Shown piece after piece: positions 57,446-64,000 of a stretch of 64,000 nucleotides of DNA. Each line of letters starts with the position of its first letter. Within the stretch, counting starts at the first letter, position 1. The notes beneath the pieces were generated by a model. The model was not told where the DNA came from and ran no database searches. It saw nothing but the letters and a program-made list of their open reading frames with translations. This DNA comes from Bacteroidetes bacterium OLB10. Its GTDB lineage: Bacteria; Bacteroidota; Bacteroidia; AKYH767-A; OLB10. Where the stretch lies: contig LNBX01000043.1 of the NCBI GenBank assembly GCA_001567275.1, forward strand, positions 44,351-108,350, given 5' to 3'. A program made the translations under genes and the position numbers.

Positions 57446-57474
57446 AAAAGCTGTCTTCAAAGGCAGCTTTTTTT
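57446..57474. terminator. Bidirectional hairpin terminator between convergent genes
   Basis: AAAAGCTGTC ttcaaa GGCAGCTTTT followed by a T-run. It overlaps the stop codon of the minus-strand gene. Confidence 0.65.
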
Positions 57475-59413
57475 ATTTGGCTGAACCAAATTTCTGAGGG
57501 TCAATTTGTGCGGCTTTTGCTATATATGTCTCTGCATTGTTTTCATCTCCTTTATAACGATAAGTGATGCCGATGTAATAATAGGCCTGTGCCAAATTTG
57601 GATTCAGTTTGATTGCTTTAAAAAAATAGGATAATGCCGTATCGTATTCCTGTTTCATGCCATAGGTGCTTCCTAGATTCATAATCGCATCCGGATAGTT
57701 TGGATTGTACTTTATTGCCTTTTCATACATCTCTTGTGCTTCCTTCACTTTTCCGGTGTTGAAATAGAGTGAGCCCAGGTTATTATACACCACAGCGTCC
57801 GATGGATTAGCTTCAATTGCTTTCTGGTAACTCTCAAAAGAATTCTGATAATCTTTTCTCTTGTTATAAATTATTCCCATCTGATTGTAAGCATCACCAA
57901 AAGGATAAATGTCAACTGATTTTTTAAGTTCTGCAAGAGCTACCAATTGTATGGAATCAATTTCCTTTGCAGTTTTTCCTTTCAGGTTTATATCTTTTGA
58001 CAGGTAATTCCCCAGATAATAATGAGTACGTGTGCTATTTGGAGCTAACAATACATCATTTGAATAAAGTGTGTAATTGCTTTTCCAAACCTCATTGCGT
58101 GCCATAGTTTTAACACTGAAAAGAACAGTGACAATAAAAACAGGTATCAATACATTCTTATTCTTAAAAATAAAATCTTTAAGAGAAAAACTTTTTTCAG
58201 GAGATGCAATTAAGGTACACAAATAACCCACAACCACACAAATGCCAAATACGGCAGTGTAAAGAAAACGTTCACCAAAAGATGATCCGATGATGTAAAA
58301 TATATTGGAATAGATGCTCATGGAAATAAGATAGAACAATATTCCGAATGAGATTAATTTATACTTTTTAAACGACCAAATTGCATAAACAAACAGGGCA
58401 ACATAAATCAGCAGCGAAAGAATGAATCCGAAATCGGATAACCCTGTAAGAGGAATCTGATTATAGGAATAGTCAAAAATTAACGGGTGAGGAAAGAAAA
58501 CAAGTTTTAAATACATTCCCAGAATAAGTACTGCTGTTGCAAAACGCTGGTCGAACGATTTAGCTGCCATGAGTAAATTATCAGCAACAGATGGATCGCC
58601 AGAGGGTAGTTTACTCAGTATGGAATATCTTATGAGTAGAAAAAATAAGGTAACTGCAGCAAATAATCCAATAGCAAGTGTAGCAGAGTGTGATTTCTTC
58701 TGTTTCGAAACTTCCGGCTTGAATAAAATAATCAGCAGTGGAAAAATGGCTATAAAAGTAATGGACGATTCTTTGCTGAACAAAGCGGTAAGAAAAAATA
58801 ATGCAGCTAAAATTATGGAACTTAATTTTCCGTTGCTGTAATAAACAAACAACATCCGTGCAGACAAAATACAGAATAAGAAAGACAATATTTCGTCCAT
58901 GCTTTTGATGTTGGCTACAACTTCGGTGTGTATTGGATGGGCAATAAATAGCAAGGAAGTTGCAAATGCAAAAAGCTGATGATTAAAAAGCCTTAAACAA
59001 AATCTGAATAAAATAAATCCGGTTATTGCATAGAGCAAAATATTCAACAGATGCAAGGGTAAAGGATTATCTCCAAATAGCTGCCACGATATAGCAAATA
59101 TAGATTTTGGTAACGGGCGATAAAGTTCATCTGTTGATAAAGTATATCCGCTTCTGTACGAACTTGAAAAAATTTCAGGAATTGCTTTTACGCCTTGCTG
59201 AGTAACAGTGTTTTCAAGTATCACTGAATAATCATCTAACACAAAACCATGATTCAGTGTATTGCCATAAAGTACAATAGCTGCAAATGCTATCAGCAAA
59301 GCGAGTAATGTGTTTGTTTTTTTTACTGACTCATTCTTCAGCAATTCAGCTTTCAGTTGTTGCTGCGCCTGTCTGCTCTCAGCTATTTTTGATTTTTTTC
59401 CGGCAACAGCCAT
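57473..59413 (-). CDS. TMTC-like polytopic membrane protein (GT-C/PMT-like N-terminal region) with C-terminal TPR repeats
   Basis: 646 aa with about 10 TM helices. The first loop motif, NHGFVLDDYSVILEN, resembles the DD/DE loop of PMT/TMTC-type glycosyltransferases. The C-terminal third has five or more TPR repeats. Confidence 0.6.
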   Translation of the reverse strand: MAVAGKKSKIAESRQAQQQLKAELLKNESVKKTNTLLALLIAFAAIVLYGNTLNHGFVLDDYSVILENTVTQQGVKAIPEIFSSSYRSGYTLSTDELYRPLPKSIFAISWQLFGDNPLPLHLLNILLYAITGFILFRFCLRLFNHQLFAFATSLLFIAHPIHTEVVANIKSMDEILSFLFCILSARMLFVYYSNGKLSSIILAALFFLTALFSKESSITFIAIFPLLIILFKPEVSKQKKSHSATLAIGLFAAVTLFFLLIRYSILSKLPSGDPSVADNLLMAAKSFDQRFATAVLILGMYLKLVFFPHPLIFDYSYNQIPLTGLSDFGFILSLLIYVALFVYAIWSFKKYKLISFGILFYLISMSIYSNIFYIIGSSFGERFLYTAVFGICVVVGYLCTLIASPEKSFSLKDFIFKNKNVLIPVFIVTVLFSVKTMARNEVWKSNYTLYSNDVLLAPNSTRTHYYLGNYLSKDINLKGKTAKEIDSIQLVALAELKKSVDIYPFGDAYNQMGIIYNKRKDYQNSFESYQKAIEANPSDAVVYNNLGSLYFNTGKVKEAQEMYEKAIKYNPNYPDAIMNLGSTYGMKQEYDTALSYFFKAIKLNPNLAQAYYYIGITYRYKGDENNAETYIAKAAQIDPQKFGSAK

Positions 59414-59415
59414 AT

Positions 59416-59958
59416 TTATTTTTGGGTTGAAGTAGTACTCAGTGTATCCTGTTGGTGTGTTACTTCTTTAACAACATCTTCGGCACTTTTACCCAAATGT
59501 TGTAATGAAAATTCAGCACTTTCTGTCATTTCATGTTTTGGATATCGCTTAATAAACTCCTGATAATATTTTCTGGCACTTGCTGTATCACCTAATGTGT
59601 TCTCATTAATAAATCCCTGCAGAAATAATGCATAACCGGCACGGCTGCTGTTGGGATATTTTTCTGAAACTATATGGAAAAATTCCAGTGCATTCTGAAA
59701 AGCATTGATGCCTGAAGAAACATCACCCGCTTTGAACAGATAATCGGCAGAAACTGTATCCTCAGGGAATTTCTCTGCATAATAACGATAGAGCGTAATT
59801 ACATCACGTGCCTTATTGGGGTTGATACTATGGTCTTTCTCGGCAAAGAGTGCATCTTCCTTTTCTTTTATTTCTGACTTTAATTTGTCCTTGGTGTTGA
59901 CACAGGCAGCGAATGTTAATGTTATGGCAGTGATAAATGCTAATGTTTTTATGCTCAT
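59416..59958 (-). CDS. TPR-like lipoprotein
   Basis: 180 aa with a lipobox (LTFAAC) and TPR-like helices. Its stop codon ends 2 nt before the start of the TMTC-like gene. Confidence 0.55.
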   Translation of the reverse strand: MSIKTLAFITAITLTFAACVNTKDKLKSEIKEKEDALFAEKDHSINPNKARDVITLYRYYAEKFPEDTVSADYLFKAGDVSSGINAFQNALEFFHIVSEKYPNSSRAGYALFLQGFINENTLGDTASARKYYQEFIKRYPKHEMTESAEFSLQHLGKSAEDVVKEVTHQQDTLSTTSTQK

Positions 59959-59984
59959 GATTCTAAACTATTAACTGTTGGTAT

Positions 59985-60791
59985 TTATTTAAAAGGTGAC
60001 TCTGGTTCTTTAGCTACAAAATTATAAACTATTTTATCCATCCATGCAGGAAAAAACTTATTCAGAAAAACAGTAAGTTTCCCGTTGGTGGTAAGTACAA
60101 GGTCGCGTTTTCGTTTTAGTACTGCATTGTATATATGAAATGCAACCTCATCAGCCTTCATCAGTTTCGACTCGTCTAAAGGTGTTTCCTGTTGTGCTTT
60201 ACCATCTTTGTTTAATGCAGTTTTTCTGATGTTGCTCGATGTGTATCCCGGGCATGCCACCAACACATGTAAATTATTTTTCAGGTTTTCAGTGCGCAGG
60301 GTTTCCATAAATCCTTCCATTGCAAACTTACTTGCACTATAAGCGCAACGTCCGGGCAGTCCTTTTTTGCCTGCAATTGATGACATGGCCACAACCGAAC
60401 CTCCGGACTTTAGCAAATAAGGCAGTGCATATTTAGTACAGTAAACCGTTCCCCAGAAATTTATATTCATCACCTGACGCATAACATCCAGAGATACATC
60501 ATTAAATAATGCCCTCATAGAAATGCCTGCATTGTTGATTAAAACATCAATCTTTCCATAAGCATCAACAGCCGATTCAATCAGGTGTTTACACTCCGAT
60601 TCTATTGACACATCGGCAGGTACTGCAATACAATGTCCATAATGTGATTTCAGTTCTTCGGCTACAGTTTGCAATTGCTCTTTGTTGCGGGCAGCGATTG
60701 TTAATTTACATCCCTGTTGTGCAAAATATTTTGCACATGCTTTGCCTATGCCTGATGAAGCACCTGTGATAACTACAACCCGGTCTTTCAA
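59985..60791 (-). CDS. SDR family oxidoreductase
   Basis: 268 aa. Motifs: TGASSGIGKA, NNAG, and the catalytic YSASKFA. TTG start. Confidence 0.9.
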   Translation of the reverse strand: MKDRVVVITGASSGIGKACAKYFAQQGCKLTIAARNKEQLQTVAEELKSHYGHCIAVPADVSIESECKHLIESAVDAYGKIDVLINNAGISMRALFNDVSLDVMRQVMNINFWGTVYCTKYALPYLLKSGGSVVAMSSIAGKKGLPGRCAYSASKFAMEGFMETLRTENLKNNLHVLVACPGYTSSNIRKTALNKDGKAQQETPLDESKLMKADEVAFHIYNAVLKRKRDLVLTTNGKLTVFLNKFFPAWMDKIVYNFVAKEPESPFK

Positions 60792-60832
60792 ATTTTTAGA
60801 TTTAAATGAAAAATGCTCTCGGCAAAATTAAA

Positions 60833-60840
60833 TAGTTTTG
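60833..60840 (+). promoter_or_regulatory. -7 promoter element (TAgtTTTG) 6 nt before the ATG at 60847
   Basis: TAGTTTTG overlaps the TTG start used by the ORF track at 60838, which favours the ATG at 60847. Confidence 0.35.
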
Positions 60841-60846
60841 CAGCCT

Positions 60847-62010
60847 ATGCAAGTAACAGAAGTTATTACTCCTCAGGATAAAAAAGCATTTCTTGAATTA
60901 CCACTTAAAATTTACCGGGATGATTCTAACTGGATTCGGCCACTGGATTCAGATATTGAATCAGTTTTTGATACTGCAAAAAACAAGTTTTTCAGACATG
61001 GCGAATGTACTCGATGGATTGTGAAAGATGATTCGGGAAATACCATTGGAAGAGTAGCTGCTTTTATTGACAAGAAAACAGCTACTAAAAATAACGAGCA
61101 GCCGACAGGTGGTATGGGCTTTTTTGAAAGTGTGAATAATCAAGAAGTAGCTTTTTTGTTATTCGATACTGCAAAAAAATGGTTGCAGCAAAAAGGAATG
61201 GAAGCAATGGATGGTCCCATCAACTTTGGCGAGCGTGACAGCTGGTGGGGACTGTTGGTTGATGGTTTTTCTTCGCCAATTTATAAGATGAATTACAATC
61301 CGCGTTATTATCAGGATTTTTTTGAAGCTTATGGATTCAAAACTTATTTCAAGCAGTTTTGCTATGGATTAAAAGTTCATAATCGCTTACAGGAAAAATT
61401 TTATGAACGACATGCCATCATAGCCGCTGATAAGAATTACACGTCATGTCATATCCGTAAAAATCAGTTAGAGAAGTTTGCAGAAGATTTCAGGCAAGTA
61501 TATAATAAAGCTTGGGTGAAACATGGAAGCGGCAAAGAACTCGAACAAAAACAGACACTACAGTTTTTTAAAAAAATGAAAGCTGTTATTGACGAAAAAT
61601 TAGTTTGGTATGTGTATTTTAAAGGCGAACCGGTTGCCTGTTGGGTAAACCTGCCCGACATCAACCAGATTTTTAAACGATTTAACGGAAGATTTGGATG
61701 GCTTGAAAAGTTGCGATTCCTGTGGTTGTTCCGCACCCTTAAAATGGATCGTTTTATCGGATTGGTATTTGGTGTAGTACCCGAACATCAGGGCAAGGGA
61801 GTTGACAGTTATATGATAGTAGAAGGAGCAAACGTGATTCAAAAAGAGCGTATTTATAAAGATTATGAAATGCAATGGATTGGAGATTTCAATCCTAAGA
61901 TGATAACAGTGGCAGAAGGACTTGGCACCTGGAAGAGCAGAACGCTGATTACATACCGCAAACTGTTTGATAATGAAAAGGAATTTAAACGACATCCCAT
62001 GTTGGGTTAA
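60847..62010 (+). CDS. Conserved hypothetical protein, possibly GNAT-fold
   Basis: About 387 aa. The segment GLVFGVVPEHQGKGVDSYM resembles an acetyl-CoA binding loop. The function is unknown. Confidence 0.5.
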   Translation: MQVTEVITPQDKKAFLELPLKIYRDDSNWIRPLDSDIESVFDTAKNKFFRHGECTRWIVKDDSGNTIGRVAAFIDKKTATKNNEQPTGGMGFFESVNNQEVAFLLFDTAKKWLQQKGMEAMDGPINFGERDSWWGLLVDGFSSPIYKMNYNPRYYQDFFEAYGFKTYFKQFCYGLKVHNRLQEKFYERHAIIAADKNYTSCHIRKNQLEKFAEDFRQVYNKAWVKHGSGKELEQKQTLQFFKKMKAVIDEKLVWYVYFKGEPVACWVNLPDINQIFKRFNGRFGWLEKLRFLWLFRTLKMDRFIGLVFGVVPEHQGKGVDSYMIVEGANVIQKERIYKDYEMQWIGDFNPKMITVAEGLGTWKSRTLITYRKLFDNEKEFKRHPMLG

Positions 62011-62059
62011 TTTTGTTAATAAAAAAGTAAAATAGTTTTGATAATTTCACCGAGAAGCA

Positions 62060-62067
62060 TACTTTTG
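62060..62067 (+). promoter_or_regulatory. -7 promoter element (TActTTTG) upstream of tRNA-Lys
   Basis: TACTTTTG ends 27 bp before the first base of the tRNA. Confidence 0.45.
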
Positions 62068-62093
62068 CGCCCTCGTTTTGAGAAAAGAATTTC

Positions 62094-62166
62094 GATTCCG
62101 TAGCTCAGTCGGTAGAGCATTACACTTTTAATGTAGGGGTCCTGGGTTCGAGCCCCAGCGGGATCA
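62094..62166 (+). tRNA. tRNA-Lys (anticodon UUU)
   Basis: I folded the 73-nt cloverleaf by hand. The acceptor stem is GATTCCG/CGGGATC with one G-U pair, and the D arm is GCTC-AGTCGGTA-GAGC. The anticodon arm is TTACA-CTTTTAA-TGTAG, and the T arm is CTGGG-TTCGAGC-CCCAG. CCA is not encoded. Confidence 0.95.
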
Positions 62167-62176
62167 CAAAAAAACA

Positions 62177-62210
62177 AAAGACCACAGATAATTTTTGTCT
62201 GTGGTCTTTT
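62177..62210 (+). terminator. Rho-independent terminator after tRNA-Lys
   Basis: AAAGACCACAGA taatttttg TCTGTGGTCTTT is a 12-bp stem followed by a T-rich tract. Confidence 0.8.
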
Positions 62211-62284
62211 TACTTTTTTGACTCTATAGATTTTTGGGTGATTTTATTCCACAACTAACTTCTTATTACCAGCTTAAAAGGAAT

Positions 62285-63091
62285 CTACATCGGATAAGCC
62301 AGTAATGGCAACGATAAATTTCCAACTCTCGAAAGTGTAAGGCTTTTGTTAAACAGCGACTCCCAAAACCTTCTTCGTTTGGTGAACATGATTAACAAAT
62401 CGGCATGATGTTTTTGTAAGAAATGGTCAACACCATGGTTAAAATCTTTGAAACTGCTCACATACATTTTTACTCCCGGATAAGTGAATCTTTTTCTGAC
62501 ACTTCCGGGTAAATCACTCAACTGAAATTCGGTTTGGGTAGCCATATCACTTTCTTTGTTCAGATGCAGGATATGTACTTCCGGATGCAATCCCTGAAAA
62601 TAGTGCATGGAATCTTCCATCAGTTTGAGAGATTGTGAATGCATGTCTGTAGTGATAACCAGTTTTTCTATTGGTTTATATGTGTGATTGCATGGAATTG
62701 CCAAGACAGGACAGTTGACTTTTTGAATGATATTGAGTGTATTGGTGCCAAAAAATTTCCGACTAAGATTGTTCGCACCTTTGGTGCCCATGACAATCAG
62801 ATTACATTTATGGCGCTTATGAAACTTGATGATTTCCTTGATTCTTTCTCCCTCACAAACATTCAGCGTGACCGGAAAATTCTTTAATCGTTCATCTTTG
62901 TCAACTATTTCAGCAAGGCGTTCTTTGTAATCTTTTTGCCTGGTTGTTTTAGTTTCAGAATCCTTACTTTTTACATATAGCAATTCCAACTCAGCCTGTG
63001 TTGCTTCTGCAATAGATTTTGCATACAAAAGCGTGTTTAAAGTGCACTCTGAAAAATCAACCGGCATCAGGATTTTATCCTGTTTTTTCAT
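62285..63091 (-). CDS. Tandem-domain universal stress protein (UspA family)
   Basis: 268 aa with two Usp domains (ILMPVDFSE ... LIVMGTKG ... SRKFFGTNT in the first, a weaker second). Confidence 0.8.
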   Translation of the reverse strand: MKKQDKILMPVDFSECTLNTLLYAKSIAEATQAELELLYVKSKDSETKTTRQKDYKERLAEIVDKDERLKNFPVTLNVCEGERIKEIIKFHKRHKCNLIVMGTKGANNLSRKFFGTNTLNIIQKVNCPVLAIPCNHTYKPIEKLVITTDMHSQSLKLMEDSMHYFQGLHPEVHILHLNKESDMATQTEFQLSDLPGSVRKRFTYPGVKMYVSSFKDFNHGVDHFLQKHHADLLIMFTKRRRFWESLFNKSLTLSRVGNLSLPLLAYPM

Positions 63092-63272
63092 AGATGTTTA
63101 ATTAGGTCTAAAACTTCAAATGTACTTCCTGAATTAATTTTAAAAAATTCAATACACATATTCCTACCACTACAAAACACATGCGGCAAAAATGTCGCTG
63201 CATATTTAAACTTTATAGATAATTTGTCGGTTTTATTTTTGTTATTCTGACTATTTGACGCTAAAATACAAA

Positions 63273-63280
63273 TATTTTTG
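63273..63280 (+). promoter_or_regulatory. -7 promoter element (TAttTTTG) upstream of clpB
   Basis: TATTTTTG lies 42 bp upstream of the ATG at 63322. A TTTG at 63254-63257 could be the -33 element. Confidence 0.35.
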
Positions 63281-63321
63281 AATGGTCATATTTATGATAG
63301 ATAAAATTCTAAAAGAAAATA

Positions 63322-64000
63322 ATGGACTTAAATAAATTAACAATTAAATCGCAGGAAACACTTCAGCAGGCTCAGTTTCTGGCAACTTCAGCCGGGCAAC
63401 AGTCTGTAGAAACAGGCCATATTCTGAGGGCACTTCTTGAAATAGATCAACATGTGGTACCTTTTCTTCTGAAGAAATTAAATGTCAATATGAATGTGCT
63501 GAATACAAAGCTCAAAACATTGACAGAAAATTATCCGAAAGTATCAGGTGGTCAGGTATATTTTTCAAACGATGCCAATGCTGCTTTGCAAAAAGCTTTC
63601 GGTTATCTGAAAACATTCAAAGATGAGTTTGTTTCAATCGAGCACATACTTCTCGGATTGCTTGCAGGAAAGGATGAAACAGCCCGATTGCTGAAAGAAC
63701 AGGGTTGCAATGAAAAAGATTTAAAAGAGGCAATTACTGAATTGCGCAAAGGTGAAAGAGTGACTTCGGCAAGTGCAGAAGATACATATAACTCCTTGAA
63801 TAAGTTTGCACGGAATCTGAATGAATTAGCACGCAACGGAAAACTTGATCCCGTTATTGGCCGTGATGAAGAAATCAGAAGAGTATTGCAGATTCTTTCG
63901 CGCAGAACAAAAAATAATCCTATACTGATTGGCGAACCCGGTGTAGGTAAAACCGCTATTGCCGAAGGTCTTGCACATCGTATTATCAATGGTGACGTTC
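63322..64000 (+). CDS. clpB: ATP-dependent chaperone ClpB, N-terminal part (runs off the right edge)
   Basis: Absent from the ORF track because there is no stop. Manual translation gives [18 protein letters not shown]..., the Clp_N repeats, and then [44 protein letters not shown] (Walker A of NBD1). ORF 63603-63989 on the minus strand is its shadow. Confidence 0.95.
   Translation, partial: MDLNKLTIKSQETLQQAQFLATSAGQQSVETGHILRALLEIDQHVVPFLLKKLNVNMNVLNTKLKTLTENYPKVSGGQVYFSNDANAALQKAFGYLKTFKDEFVSIEHILLGLLAGKDETARLLKEQGCNEKDLKEAITELRKGERVTSASAEDTYNSLNKFARNLNELARNGKLDPVIGRDEEIRRVLQILSRRTKNNPILIGEPGVGKTAIAEGLAHRIINGDV

Noticed and set aside
61600-61995. A 131-aa minus-strand ORF, with 61464-61736 and 60961-61143, inside the 60847-62010 gene
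   Set aside because: They are antisense shadows. The plus-strand ORF is three times longer and is preceded by a promoter motif.
63603-63989. A 128-aa minus-strand ORF near the right edge
   Set aside because: It is antisense to an unmistakable ClpB N-terminus and Walker A on the plus strand. ClpB is missing from the track only because its stop lies outside the window.
1-64000. CRISPR arrays, rRNA genes, integrases, transposases, toxin-antitoxin pairs and known defence-system signatures
   Set aside because: I scanned the intergenic regions and all ORF translations. I saw no direct-repeat/spacer arrays, no recombinase or DDE motifs, and no nuclease/ATPase gene pairs outside housekeeping functions.

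Overview
This looks like a chromosomal segment of a Bacteroidota bacterium. The evidence is several T9SS C-terminal sorting domains, DUF4199/DUF4476/DUF5683 proteins, TAnnTTTG -7 promoter motifs 5-45 bp upstream of many start codons, and the gene order parA, parB, DUF5683 gene, dapB, nth. I count about 55 protein genes and one tRNA-Lys(UUU). I found no rRNA, CRISPR array, integrase, transposase or recognisable defence system.

Positions 1-37.2 kb and 50.3-64 kb are ordinary housekeeping DNA: hppD, recR, a UvrD-type helicase, rocD, pyrR-pyrB, rnz, an LptD-like gene, an amidase, MlaD, nth, dapB, parAB, an FKBP isomerase and clpB.

The accessory part is 37.4-50.2 kb and has two components:
1. A 4.36 kb block is inserted into an SgcJ/EcaC-type NTF2-fold gene that lies between an LLM flavin oxidoreductase and an FMN reductase. 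Its cargo is decayed: a tandemly duplicated lipoprotein gene (one copy with an in-frame TAA), a 54 bp relic of a T9SS gene end, and a 5-prime-truncated lipase-like T9SS gene.
2. A co-directional cluster encodes a 1340-aa protein (IPT/TIG, metzincin, four PKD domains, T9SS sorting domain) and two signal-peptide-bearing fibre-like proteins. One fibre protein ends in a phage-tailspike-type S74 intramolecular chaperone domain, yet no phage genes are nearby. This cluster is my best candidate for something undescribed, but it is a hypothesis only.

Separately, the window has seven indel-type reading-frame breaks, most of them at homopolymer runs. One is a compensated double shift inside dapB, and another falls in the presumably essential LptD-like gene. 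I read these as assembly errors rather than biology. All family assignments come from motif recognition by eye; I ran no searches.
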